Positions 18,148 through 29,300 of a stretch of DNA of 64,000 bases are shown here, one piece after another. The DNA is taken from the NCBI GenBank assembly GCA_000002435.2, contig CM018789.1; one strand, written 5' to 3'. The stretch comes from Giardia intestinalis (lineage: Eukaryota). Made by a program: the position numbers and the translations under genes. How positions within the stretch are numbered: the first letter of the stretch is position 1; each line of letters starts with the position of its first letter. The notes beneath the pieces are model-generated. The model did no database searches. It was not told the origin of the DNA and was given only the letters and a program-made list of their open reading frames with translations.

Positions 18148-20907
18148 TTAAACCTTGCTACCTCGCTTATCGGGAAGCATCGCATCGACACGCTTGGCAA
18201 GCTCCTCTAGAGATTCTATTAGTTCCTGGCTCATAGCGGGACTGCACATGGCGGCATGCTCGGACCTGGCCCGCCTAGGGCACAGATTGTGATGTTGCAT
18301 CATGTCTTGCTTCCCAATAACGGCCTCAGCATACTTGGTTTGCTCTGATTTATGTCTAGCAAGTTGCCGCACTTGGTGCTGAAGCTTTAATATTCGTTCC
18401 TCATATACGTCGTGTTCTCCCGCTTCATCTTTGCCCTTTAGCAGTCTGTATTTCTTTTCTCCTTGTCTCAACGCTTCGGCGCCATGTGTGCGCAGTGACA
18501 TGAGCTTGGTTACGTAGACAATAGCTTTTCTGAGATTCTGCTTGTATGCGTCGCGCTGCTGCAGTGCTTTATTCAGATCTAACAACAGCTTTGTTTTTTC
18601 TACATTAACATTATCAATCTCAATTGTCGACGAGACCCGAGGGGAAGAGGATCTGATTCTCTGCCGTGACAGCTCCGCGTTAAGCCTTGTGCACTCAGCA
18701 ACTAGCTTCTGGTTGCAATCGTTGAGCTTCTGATGCTTTTGTAGAAGAGCTTTAAGTTCAGTTTCTCGAGCGGCACACTCCGCTTTCAGCTCACTGCACT
18801 GCTGCTTTGTTTCTCGCAAAGCCTCCTCAAATCGGGGCGCTTGAAGCACGCTACTTATGAGCTCGGCAGGCCCCATCTCCGGGCATACGTCCGTTTGAAC
18901 CGCACAGCTGGTGGTGTGGATGGGGCTTTGGAGCGAGTAGCACTGTAGGGATACAGGCTCAGAGTCGTCGCCGCTTGCTTGACATGCAACCGACTTCGTG
19001 ACGAGTGTCACTGTTGATATAAGCATCGTGTGTGTGGCTTTGTTAGAAGTTGCCATAATATGCTGACATGCAGTGGATACACTATTAGTGGCCTTGTCTG
19101 TCTGAGTTGCTGCGCAAGAGGCGGCGTGGATACCCTCCCCTGGTGGACTTGATACGCCAAACCGCGTGAGAGACGCTAGCATGCATTTCTTGCAGTAACC
19201 TTCCTCTATCACAGCAAGCTCTGCCTCCTGCAGTTTAATTTGATCTGTCATGCTGACGATATTATCCTCCAGCAAGCGAATGTGGGCGTTAGCCTCCATC
19301 ATCTTGCCGGTAATGGTCATCTCTGCTTCTGCCATTGTTGATTCTCGAATAGCAGCTAGCTCAGCTCGATGATTTTCAATTGTGGAGGCTAATTCCTTCT
19401 CCACTCGGGAAAGATTGGAGGCTAAATCGTCGCGTTCGGCAGTCATTTCTTGCAAATTCTCCTGCGTAGTTCCTACGGCGTTCCGCAGCTGCTCTATCTC
19501 CTCTGTAAGATTAGAAATGGCTCTTCGCGCCTTTGCTAGTTCTGCTTTGTCATGGTAGCTCGACTGCTCCTCTTCGTTGTGAACCTGCACAAGGGCATCT
19601 ACAAGGATTTTAATTTCATCATTCTTCTGCCGTATCTTCTGATTGAACTGGCTATACAAGTCCTCGGTTACCATTCCGATTCTGTTGCATTGTACCTCAG
19701 CCCTTGCCAGAGCTATGCTTTCAGACAGCAATCTGAAGGTGCTTGAGACTTCATCGATGGAGTGCTCTGGACGCTTATCGAGGAGATGCAGAGGATAATT
19801 CTCTTGAAGAGGGTCCTGGCACGGAAGCATTGGTCGAGAAGGTTGTGCTGCAACAGCCCGACTGACAGATGGTACCAACAGCCCAGGGTCCGTCTGAGTT
19901 TCTGCCACTGCCGATGAACAGAGTTGTTGTTGTTGCTGTAATGATAAGGATAATGATGGTGATGAGTCTGTTAGTTTTAGAGGAGCAGCAGTCCCAGAAA
20001 GTTCAGGTTGATGCGTGCTGCAGAATGTCTGTGCACTAGCACCAAGATAGTCTAGAAGATCATTGCTTTGAGATAGTCTGAGATTGCTGGACCTCAGTGT
20101 GGCACACGTGGCAGACAGCGAAAGTACCTCCTCTTCTAGATGCTCCTTCTCATGCTTAGTCTCAGCTAGCGCATCCTTCAGACTCTTGATTGTCTCCCCT
20201 CGCTTGTTGAGCTGCATAATCGTTTCTTCGAGAAGGCCCTTCGCATCTTGTAGCCGAGCTCTCATAGAAAGAAGGAGCTCAGATGCCCGGCTTCGTGATA
20301 GGCTCTGCAGTTGGTCCGTTATCTGGACTGTGTTATACGTTTGCAAGTTTGGAAAAGCAACCAGTAGGCCGACAATGTGTGCAAGATCGGTGTGCGTTGT
20401 ATCGGAACTGTTGGCTTGAGATTGGAGGTCTAGCTGAAGCTCGCACAGAGTAAGTGCATTGAGTGCAACAGAGGCCATGGTAATAAATGTTTGGACTGGC
20501 GTTTTTCCCGGAATGAAGACTCCGGATATGGCTAATTTGCGGACATGGCTATAGCGCCGCCGAACAGAGGCGCTAAGAGAAGGGTGCTCCTTTAAAAGCG
20601 TCTGCTCTTCCTCCCTTGCTTGAAAAACAACATTATCAATGCTGATCTCCTTGACCATTGGAAATTTGTCTGCATCTCCTAAGAAGATCAGCAGCTCTGA
20701 AAGGCTAGTGTCAAGCCGCAGGTGAGCCAGACTTATGGTACGAATATGCTTATAGTTTGCTAGAAGACCAATATCGCGAATTGAGTGGTTGTTTATCAAT
20801 ACCGATTCAATCCGAGGATTGATGCGCACAGTAGACAAAGCACGAATAGGCTCCTGTTGGACGCGAGGATAATCTAGATTAAGGAAGAGATCAGCCATTG
20901 CGCTCAT
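18148..20907 (-). CDS. Leucine-rich-repeat plus long coiled-coil protein, possibly LRRCC1/centrosomal-like. Hypothetical.
   Basis: LRR-like N-terminal segment (INNHSIRDIGLLANYKHIRTISLAHLRLDTSLSEL, ISIDNVVF) followed by more than 500 aa of heptad-rich helices. The track start at 21027 is GTG, so I moved the start to the ATG at 20907 (MSAMADLF). Confidence 0.5.
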   Translation of the reverse strand: MSAMADLFLNLDYPRVQQEPIRALSTVRINPRIESVLINNHSIRDIGLLANYKHIRTISLAHLRLDTSLSELLIFLGDADKFPMVKEISIDNVVFQAREEEQTLLKEHPSLSASVRRRYSHVRKLAISGVFIPGKTPVQTFITMASVALNALTLCELQLDLQSQANSSDTTHTDLAHIVGLLVAFPNLQTYNTVQITDQLQSLSRSRASELLLSMRARLQDAKGLLEETIMQLNKRGETIKSLKDALAETKHEKEHLEEEVLSLSATCATLRSSNLRLSQSNDLLDYLGASAQTFCSTHQPELSGTAAPLKLTDSSPSLSLSLQQQQQLCSSAVAETQTDPGLLVPSVSRAVAAQPSRPMLPCQDPLQENYPLHLLDKRPEHSIDEVSSTFRLLSESIALARAEVQCNRIGMVTEDLYSQFNQKIRQKNDEIKILVDALVQVHNEEEQSSYHDKAELAKARRAISNLTEEIEQLRNAVGTTQENLQEMTAERDDLASNLSRVEKELASTIENHRAELAAIRESTMAEAEMTITGKMMEANAHIRLLEDNIVSMTDQIKLQEAELAVIEEGYCKKCMLASLTRFGVSSPPGEGIHAASCAATQTDKATNSVSTACQHIMATSNKATHTMLISTVTLVTKSVACQASGDDSEPVSLQCYSLQSPIHTTSCAVQTDVCPEMGPAELISSVLQAPRFEEALRETKQQCSELKAECAARETELKALLQKHQKLNDCNQKLVAECTRLNAELSRQRIRSSSPRVSSTIEIDNVNVEKTKLLLDLNKALQQRDAYKQNLRKAIVYVTKLMSLRTHGAEALRQGEKKYRLLKGKDEAGEHDVYEERILKLQHQVRQLARHKSEQTKYAEAVIGKQDMMQHHNLCPRRARSEHAAMCSPAMSQELIESLEELAKRVDAMLPDKRGSKV

Positions 20908-20978
20908 CCCTACAAATCTGCCGATGCGACGAGCTGTTGGCGGAATTGTTAGATTGAAATGGATTTTGGACAAAAAGC

Positions 20979-23900
20979 ATGAAAGTAAATTTAACACAAA
21001 AGCAAATGGCTTCGGCTGCACTGGCACTCTTGCATGCCCCGGGATTCTCGACCAATGAAGAGGCCATCAAGCTTGTGCAAGAGCAGATTGAAACAATCCA
21101 CTATCAAGTCGACACGGGAACTATCGTTGATCTTTGCCGTGTGGCTCTTCAGACCAAGGCTCCATCTCTCTGCTTACTTCTTTCACGCTTCTACCACGCA
21201 GAATCGAGGATAGGACTCGCTGCCTTTTTCGCCCTTCTTCCTGACCCGGCAGTGCTTTCCCTCACAGAGTCTGACCTCTACAGCCAGGAGATCATGACAT
21301 CTATCGTCGATTTTTATATAGCCTACCGTTCTGGGTTGGTCGCTGGCTCGCTAGCGTCTGTAAGGTATACAGAGGACAGCACAACAGGGAATCTGCGCCA
21401 AGTCAGCCAGCCCCATGGGTCCTCCAGTGTCAATTGTAGTGCACATGGTAGCTCTGTGATCTTTGGCAAGCAGTCTGCCACCGATTTACTTGCGTCCAGG
21501 CAAAGTGTGCATTTTGCCAATAAGAACGCCACACTCTTTGGACTCGATCAAAGTGGGTCTGTGCTTCTAGACGACCAGTCCAGAGCTGGTGCCGCGGGGT
21601 GCTCTTCTTCCACACTTATTGGGAAGAGCGTCGTGGGCCATTCCTCGCAAGCAGATCGCAACCGTACACGCATGTTGACCGACGACGAGTTTGTAAAAAT
21701 GTACATCACTTCTAGGCCGACCACGACGTACCAAGAGCTTTGCACTATCGGTAATCCAGACAGCATTGTTTTTAGTGAGCTTTTGCATGCTGATCTGAAC
21801 AAGATAACCGCGGTTATCGATGCAATCATCGAAGGATCCAAGATGCACTCTAAACTTAGCTTCCTATTGCAGACACAGCACATTGAGCCTACGCGAAAAG
21901 CCGAAAATGTGACTATTGATTTGTCCTATTTGCAGATACCAGGGATGCCTGACCTACAACCAACAGACATTCAAACCAATGCCGACAATGACTTTGTTAT
22001 TCCGCGGCTCTCTGAATTGACCAGCGTCACTGCAACTCCTTTTATCCGGCAACTACCCCTTGACACCTTGCGGACGATGGAGAAGGATGCTCACTTTATA
22101 ACTGATTTTGCCTTTTGCTCTAGTATTTTGTGTGCTGTTGGAGACGAATACAAAAGAAGATGCTTGTTCGAAGACGCAGCCCGCTGCTATGCACAGAACA
22201 GCAATCTTGAGCCATTGGCAACGCTGTTTTTGGATATGATAAAGCTTATATCTGAGCCATCTGGCGCCGCCTCTACTGTTTCTGTTCCTGCACCAGAAAA
22301 CAAGGTGCGCAACATAATCATCTCTCATACCATACAGCTGGCGTTCCAAGTATTTCAGGACTTGCCCGGCGCTATGCTAGACAATCTCATTTCGATGCTG
22401 AAGGAGGAAAGCATCCCAACGCCCTTCGGCTCTGCATTTCTCGGCTCTCTCAAAAACCATATCTTAACAGGAAAATGCCAGAGCTCTCTTTACAAAACCG
22501 TTTTTGCTGAAAAGACTAATACGCGGATCGACCGCAACATCCTCCTCAAAATCCAGCAAAACATCCACAGGTCCTCTTCGGACTCGTTTATAATCACTAC
22601 CGCCTTCTTTATGGCCAGTCTTATGCATGCGCAGCTAGGGCACTCGCTACAATCAACAAAGGACCCCTCTGTCAATCTTTCGACATGGGATAAATTTGGG
22701 CGTATATCTTACGAGGGGATAATCTTCCGGGGTGTAACAATGCCTGGTGACGTGGGTGTCTACAATAAATACTACTCTGTCATGAAGGCTGGAAACCTCA
22801 CTGCCGACATTGATGGGTATGCCTGCGGCGGTATGCTCCTTGGCCTAGGCATCATGACCTCAGAGATGCCTTCAGTTGACGGATTTTCCTCGTACACCCT
22901 TTTGAACGCAGCTGAGCCGATCCTCTCCAATCCTGGAAGGTACATGCTGCTTTTTGATGAGAACGGGATGCTCGCCCCCCGCCCTTCAATGTCGGTTCAG
23001 GGCTATGAGGCCTTTGTTTTCGGATATGCCGTCTCAGCAGGGCTCATGTGCTTGGGGACTAGCAACGAGAAGCTCACTACCCGCCTGAAGTCACTCTTGA
23101 CTTCTCCAGCTGCGTCTCACCCTGACGCAATCTATGGTATATTGTTTGGCTTGGGCCTAATTCACTTAGGTGATCCTCTATTTCTCAAAGCATTCAATTT
23201 CAATGAGTTCTACATTTCCAAGTTTGGAATGGGCATGACAACGTCAAAGACAACGATCACAGTAACGGATGAGCCTCCTAAACTTTATACAGACCTTGCG
23301 GCGACCGTTCTTGAGTTTCTTGTGTCCAAACATGAAAAGGTGCGGACAGGTGCCGCAATGTGCATTGCTCTTTGCTGCTACTGTATTGACGCTCAGGCCA
23401 ACCAAGCCATAGAGTTTCTTCTGGACTTTGAGCCGCGGATTCAGACTTCGCATCTCACGTCGAACAAGCTTTGTGATGGCATTCAGAAAGCGGGGCCAAT
23501 CGCCCTGGGCCTGGCATATGCTCATACTAACTCCCTCGAGGTGGCGACCCAGCTTGTCAGCATAGCTTCTCGCTCCACGGTGGATGAGGTGAGCTATCAC
23601 GGACTGGTAATGATAGCCTTTGTGCTCTCCTCCCAGCGTAGCTTTGCTAATGAGCTCCTCATCCTCGCTGCCAAGTCTCACCGGGTTGCATGCAGACAGG
23701 GTGCAGCTCTGGCATTGGGGTATATTAACGCGGGAACATGGGACCCAGTTGTCGTTAAGGAGTTGCGCGATTTGATGAGCGACCAAGTTGAGGCCGTGCG
23801 CACGCACGCCATTATTGCACAGGCGTTGGTCTTGCAGACGTGCAGCGCCCCGACGCTTCCTGAGAAGATTAAAATTGAGTCGGATGCTCCATTAGGAGAT

Positions 23901-25025
23901 AGGCAGAAGAATGTTATCTATAAACAGGACCATGATCCCACGTTCATTAGAAAGGTCGCGGCTTTAAACAAGCTTCGACATATTCCAGGAAGAGTCCAAG
24001 ACCGATCCCGCGAATTTGCTGCTTTTGAAACCTCACTGGCTGCCAAGCCAGAGAATATATCTTCTCAAGAAAACGCTGATTCAGAACAGGACACGGCAAA
24101 GAAGGAAAAGCGATCGGAGAAACACACCAACGAGGCAAACGAGGCTGCAAGGAAGCTCTTCAACGACAAAACTAATACAGATGCTGGCATAGTGCAGAGT
24201 CGAGAGTTTGCCAAGAAGGTTGAGGAGCAGTTGGAGAGAGGCTTCACCCTTGAAGATTACTGCTCCCAGTTTCGCGCTGACCTTCTGGGATCTTTCACAG
24301 AGCATAACTTTATCGATCTGTTTGCAACGGATCTTGGTCTACGCGCGTGCGCGATTGCACTGGGCCTCTTGAACTGTGGGGGAATGAATTCGAGCTTCTC
24401 CATTCTTACCCCAGCAGGCCTCCCGAAGACCACTGCCACAATAGGAGCGCTCTTATTTGCAGAATCACACATGTGGCATCCGTTTTCTCCCTGTATTGCC
24501 ATGTGCCTCGCACGCGACATCTGTATAACGGTCACTCCATCCGTCGATGAAGCAGGACAGCTGACCATGGAGATAGCCGAGGGCATTCTCTTGATAGATA
24601 AGGCGCACGACTATCCTTATCCGGACCTGTCAGTGGAGAGGACAGCCACAATGTGGGACAAGTACGTTAAAAATGCCAAGCTTTCTCTGGGTACAGCGAG
24701 ACGACATGTCAGCGAGATTGACACAGAAGGTACAGAGATATCGAACTTCTCTTATGTGAGGAAGGCGAGTCGAACGGCTACTCAGCGCTTTTTGCACGAG
24801 GCTATGAATGCAAATCTAGGGGATGTCGTGGTAGACGATACTGTTAAAAAAGAGAGTGAGCAGAAGCTTCACTCTAACGAAGGAGCTTACAGCATCTTGC
24901 AAACGCCGTGTCGTATACTTAAGAGACAGGTGGAGCATGTGATAATCCCAGAGAATAGCGATTTAGTACCCATATCCTCAATGTCCCAAGGAATCGTTGT
25001 TATGTGTGAAATCGTCGATCTCTGA
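20979..25025 (+). CDS. PC-repeat (proteasome/cyclosome repeat) giant protein of 1348 aa. It is a candidate 26S proteasome regulatory subunit (Rpn2/Rpn1-like) or, alternatively, APC1-like.
   Basis: Central run of about eight PC-like repeats: YACGGMLLGLGIMT, FVFGYAVSAGLMCLGT, AIYGILFGLGLIHLGD, TGAAMCIALCCYCI, IALGLAYAHTN, VACRQGAALALGYINAGT, HAIIAQALVLQT. The ATG at 20979 follows an AT-rich initiator. Confidence 0.5.
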   Translation: MKVNLTQKQMASAALALLHAPGFSTNEEAIKLVQEQIETIHYQVDTGTIVDLCRVALQTKAPSLCLLLSRFYHAESRIGLAAFFALLPDPAVLSLTESDLYSQEIMTSIVDFYIAYRSGLVAGSLASVRYTEDSTTGNLRQVSQPHGSSSVNCSAHGSSVIFGKQSATDLLASRQSVHFANKNATLFGLDQSGSVLLDDQSRAGAAGCSSSTLIGKSVVGHSSQADRNRTRMLTDDEFVKMYITSRPTTTYQELCTIGNPDSIVFSELLHADLNKITAVIDAIIEGSKMHSKLSFLLQTQHIEPTRKAENVTIDLSYLQIPGMPDLQPTDIQTNADNDFVIPRLSELTSVTATPFIRQLPLDTLRTMEKDAHFITDFAFCSSILCAVGDEYKRRCLFEDAARCYAQNSNLEPLATLFLDMIKLISEPSGAASTVSVPAPENKVRNIIISHTIQLAFQVFQDLPGAMLDNLISMLKEESIPTPFGSAFLGSLKNHILTGKCQSSLYKTVFAEKTNTRIDRNILLKIQQNIHRSSSDSFIITTAFFMASLMHAQLGHSLQSTKDPSVNLSTWDKFGRISYEGIIFRGVTMPGDVGVYNKYYSVMKAGNLTADIDGYACGGMLLGLGIMTSEMPSVDGFSSYTLLNAAEPILSNPGRYMLLFDENGMLAPRPSMSVQGYEAFVFGYAVSAGLMCLGTSNEKLTTRLKSLLTSPAASHPDAIYGILFGLGLIHLGDPLFLKAFNFNEFYISKFGMGMTTSKTTITVTDEPPKLYTDLAATVLEFLVSKHEKVRTGAAMCIALCCYCIDAQANQAIEFLLDFEPRIQTSHLTSNKLCDGIQKAGPIALGLAYAHTNSLEVATQLVSIASRSTVDEVSYHGLVMIAFVLSSQRSFANELLILAAKSHRVACRQGAALALGYINAGTWDPVVVKELRDLMSDQVEAVRTHAIIAQALVLQTCSAPTLPEKIKIESDAPLGDRQKNVIYKQDHDPTFIRKVAALNKLRHIPGRVQDRSREFAAFETSLAAKPENISSQENADSEQDTAKKEKRSEKHTNEANEAARKLFNDKTNTDAGIVQSREFAKKVEEQLERGFTLEDYCSQFRADLLGSFTEHNFIDLFATDLGLRACAIALGLLNCGGMNSSFSILTPAGLPKTTATIGALLFAESHMWHPFSPCIAMCLARDICITVTPSVDEAGQLTMEIAEGILLIDKAHDYPYPDLSVERTATMWDKYVKNAKLSLGTARRHVSEIDTEGTEISNFSYVRKASRTATQRFLHEAMNANLGDVVVDDTVKKESEQKLHSNEGAYSILQTPCRILKRQVEHVIIPENSDLVPISSMSQGIVVMCEIVDL

Positions 25026-25095
25026 GTTTGTAGCCGTGTAAACCCCCACAAGAAGTTTTAATAATTAATTGCAAAGCTGCATTTTTAGTTAGATC

Positions 25096-26208
25096 ATGTC
25101 TGACAAACGCAAGCTTGCCATTGCCTACACAACTGCGTCGGAGCCCCTTGCACGGCGCATTATTAAACTCATCCAGCCACTATATGAGTATTCTGTAGTT
25201 ATCACCCTCAACATAAAGCAGTTCAGTGATGGAGAGATTAACCTTCAGTACGAGTCCAATATCCGCGGCTGCGACCTTTTCATAGTCGGAGCTATCTGCC
25301 CTCCCCGCTGCAACGACAATCTCATGGAATTGCTGCTCGCCATCGATGCGGCAAAGCGTGCGTCGGCCGCCCACGTTACTGCCATTATTCCATACTTTGG
25401 ATATGCACGCCAGGACCGTAAGGCTGCCTCGCGCACGCCCATCTCAGCAAAGCTGGTAACGGACCTTTTAATTGCATCTGGTGTGGATCGTGTCGTGGTC
25501 CAGGATATTCACGCCGCCCAGATCCAAGGCTTCTTCCCGTCGTCCATACCCTTTGATCACATTGACGGCTACCTCGTGTTCATCCAGGCGATAATTGACA
25601 GATTTGAAGAAGATATTAAGAACCTGATTGTTGTGTCTCCCGATGCCGGAGGGGCTACCCGGTGCCGTAACCTGGCAACCCAGCTGCATGCCGACATCGC
25701 GATTATAGATAAGCGCAGGGTTGTCGCCAACATGTGCGACGTGATGAACGTTGTTGGGGACGTCAACGGCAAGATCTGCCTTCTCTATGATGACATTGTG
25801 GACACTGCCCGGAGCCTTACCAAGGCCGCCCAAGCCCTCAAGGAAAAGGGTGCAGAGCAGGTCTTTGCGTGTGCGTCACATGCAGTGCTCTCTGGAGAAG
25901 CCACGAGGAAGATAAAGGAAAGTTGCATCGACTACATTCTTTTCTCTGACTCCATTCCTCTGTCTCCTAAGCAGATTGAGGAGCTTGGCGAGAAGCTCCA
26001 GATTGTCAGTGGGGACTTCATGTTCGCCAACTGCATCAATTGCATCCACACAGACACCTCCTTTGGCGAGAGCATCAAGTCTGTAAAGGTGCTGGCCGAG
26101 CAGAAGCTCTCAAAGATCACAAAGGGGTACAGTAGCAGCGATGGGGTTGTCGTTAGCCGGGAACAATCAGTCGATCTTCGTCGCTTTGATGTCGGTACAA
26201 AGCAGTAG
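25096..26208 (+). CDS. PRPS: Ribose-phosphate pyrophosphokinase (PRPP synthetase).
   Basis: PRPS hallmarks over the full length: KLVTDLLIASGVDRVVVQDIHAAQIQGFF, VVSPDAGGATR, AIIDKRR, and the PRPP-binding loop LLYDDIVDTARSL. Confidence 0.9.
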   Translation: MSDKRKLAIAYTTASEPLARRIIKLIQPLYEYSVVITLNIKQFSDGEINLQYESNIRGCDLFIVGAICPPRCNDNLMELLLAIDAAKRASAAHVTAIIPYFGYARQDRKAASRTPISAKLVTDLLIASGVDRVVVQDIHAAQIQGFFPSSIPFDHIDGYLVFIQAIIDRFEEDIKNLIVVSPDAGGATRCRNLATQLHADIAIIDKRRVVANMCDVMNVVGDVNGKICLLYDDIVDTARSLTKAAQALKEKGAEQVFACASHAVLSGEATRKIKESCIDYILFSDSIPLSPKQIEELGEKLQIVSGDFMFANCINCIHTDTSFGESIKSVKVLAEQKLSKITKGYSSSDGVVVSREQSVDLRRFDVGTKQ

Positions 26209-26320
26209 TTTCTGTACTGTTATTGGCTTCCAGGAAGCATAATATTAGAGTGTAAATGGCACGGACGCCTGCTCATTGATTTTCTTGTGGGCGGTAGGTC
26301 CCCGAGAAAGAATTAATTAA

Positions 26321-29300
26321 ATGTCATCCCTCCAGCAGCAGCTCAGTCGGCTGTCCTCTGAGACCATAGTCTTCAGCTCGACCGGGGCTCGTAAGAATGT
26401 CCCGTCTCTACTGTATGGAGACAATGCAAAGTCAATTTCCGTGGAGACAATTCATGAAATAGCGCTCGCCGCCCTTACAGAACTGCAGGGTATCGACCCC
26501 AGTTTCGCCGCCTTCAGAGCCAATATCTTCCATCCCAGTGCCCCACAATATGACCGGGAAGCCCACACAGAGGAACACAATCTGACATTTATAGACAAGC
26601 CGATGTCTCTCTTCCTGGACCAAGTAATCCCATATCTTCATCTTCCTGCGGCTCACAGGGCCATCGAGTTCCTTATTCGTCGCTTCCGTGCAGATATTAA
26701 GTGCGTTGAGCAGCTTGTAATGGCCTTTCTACCTTATCATGAAACGGTAATCTTCAGTTATCTGGTTACCTGTCTTTTCAGCATGAATGATCCTGAAAAA
26801 CTCCCTAGCTCTCATATTTTGCTTTTGCTGGGCCGGGATGGGTGGCCAGGTCCTCGATCTATACTTCTGAAGCAGCTCCGGAGAAATTCATACAGTCTTT
26901 ATGCTAAGCTGATCTCTAAGGTCGTTGACCTCGAAAGGGTTTCGCCAGAGTCGTGCCTCTTCTACATGCGGTTCTGCTTTGCCGTCACGTATGACCTTCT
27001 GGGATTCCCTTCCCTGGGCCAGGATCAGGTGCTTCTTCGAGAAACGCTTCGGCTTGTCTCCTGGGCTCTGGGTCCCAAGGCTCACTCAGAGTGCCGAGAT
27101 GCGGCGTGTCTTCTGCTCCTGAGGGCCCCTCCTGTACTCTTGCATGGCCTTGCAGAGTCGAAGCAAGGCAGAAATGTCATGAAGCTTTTCCTCTTGCATC
27201 CTGTTAGCGGGGATCGTCGGAGGGCTCTCAAGGTTCTTTTAGGACTTACACACAACGCTCTGGAGAATAATGTCCCCACTGTACTGACCCTGACTGACAT
27301 GCTTTACAGCCTGTGCCAAGGAGATTGGGTACTAGAGCTCACGGGGAGCGCGTTTTCTGACCTTGTCAACACAGCAGCTAAGAGGAAGACAGACGATAAA
27401 TGCCGCACTCTGCTGGTATCCTTCACATATATCTTCTCTGACTCACTCTTCCGCTTCACAGTTGTTCCCTGGAAGTCCACAAGTGTGCCAGACAAAGATC
27501 GGCCAAGTCTGCTGGCAGCTTTTAGAAACGGGCTTCGGAGCATCACTGCTGCACTCCGGGCCATTGTTGAGGGGGATAAGCAGAAGGAGAAGACTCTTCG
27601 TGTTGGACTCTCTAAGCTGATCAGGCACGTAGCGTTTCTCATTGCAAAGTACACCCTTGTCGATCCAGACCCGTCGTCAAACTTAGAGCTCCAGGAACTT
27701 GCACGGTTAGCAGCTGACATCGATGTGCGTAGCTTCGCCAGTGGGGCTATGCAATCGGTAGAGGAAACATCGGCGGAACCCCGTGACTCTGGTGCAGACG
27801 TCCCAAATCGTGTATTGGCACTTTTGTTTGGAGAGAATAGAGAGGAATACTGGATGTTAGCCCCAGTGGCGGCGCCTTCAGGCGTGCCCTGTATATTGGC
27901 CCTTGATAGTAGCTCAACGGAGCTGAGGACAATGGGCTACAGCCAGGTTCAGGTTCTGATAGAAAAATTCGTGAACCAGAAGCCGGTAAACATTAACGGA
28001 TTGCTGAAAACTCTTCCTCTATTATGCACTCGCCTACTTTCGGAGGGAGACACAAAGCTCCTCGAGACTCTGTGCGGCTGTATATCCCATCTCATATCGT
28101 CCTTACCCCGAAGGCTATCTACCTCGCTTCCATCGGATGAGCTAATGACGCTTCTTTCTGAGACAGTCTTTTTCTACAAGCGTCTGATATCTAACGGGAT
28201 GCTGACTGATACCTATTTGTCCACGCTTGCACAGCTGCGGGAGTGTCTCTTTTGCCTTACAAAAGAGGAGATCGGCCAGGAGTATGCCTATCTTGGGGCA
28301 CACTTAGAGTTGCTGCAGTCCCCTGATGCATCGCATAGAGTGCTTTCCGTCGAGGAGCTCATCTTTCCATTTGGTAGTATAGCAGGAATGCTTGAAGCTG
28401 TGATGCTCTCTATAAAGAATGGTTATGCGTCTAAGCATTCAGATATAATTATAACGCACGTTTTGCAGATTGATGCCGCCGTCTCAGAAGGCTCTAAGGA
28501 GGGTGCCGTGTTTGAGGCATTTATATCACAGGTCCTTGCGTCTCCGGGCTACTCACATTTATTTGTTGATGTCCTTTGCCAGCATATTGCGGGATGCTCT
28601 GCATTTTTGCTAAACACAGCGATAAAGCACAGTACCAGCCCTGACGTTTTGACGAGAATAGGGACAGCTTATGTAGCAGACAAGGACTTGTCTGCGTGGT
28701 CCACTCCCTTATTTAGCGGGTCGTTCGATAAGTTACTTGCAAGCTGCATATTGCACAACATTTTCACGGACCAAACCTGGGTCTCTAGGGCAGTGGAGCA
28801 TTTTCAAAGCGCGTCTTCGAAAAAGGCATCTAAGCGCTCTTCCGCTAAAGCCTCAAGAGGATCGTCGAAGCGTGAGTCAACTGTTATTCAGTCTCCCAAT
28901 GTAGAGGGGAATAGCACATGCGACCCTGACTTTCTTATTGCCTGTGCATTTTATGTCTTGGACAATAAGGATGAGCAAGGCACAGAGCTTCTTAGGACTG
29001 CAAGCCAGGGGTTACATCTTCTTGGCAGCAAGATCAGTAAGGACATCTATGGCCCTATTTGCGAGGCTTTGCAAAGCGCCCTGGGTACAGGAGAGCCATT
29101 TGACTTGTCCGGTTCCATCACCGAGCTCCTGACTTTGATAGCAGGCTCGACGCGTATGTGCCATGTGTTCATAGCACAGTTCATTAGCAAGGCTCTGATA
29201 TGCTGCATAGATCAATGCGAGGAAGGTAGCAACCCTGTAGAAATGCTCACAGACATAGCCATGTTCATTAATAACGCCTCCTCTGAATCATCGCCTACCA

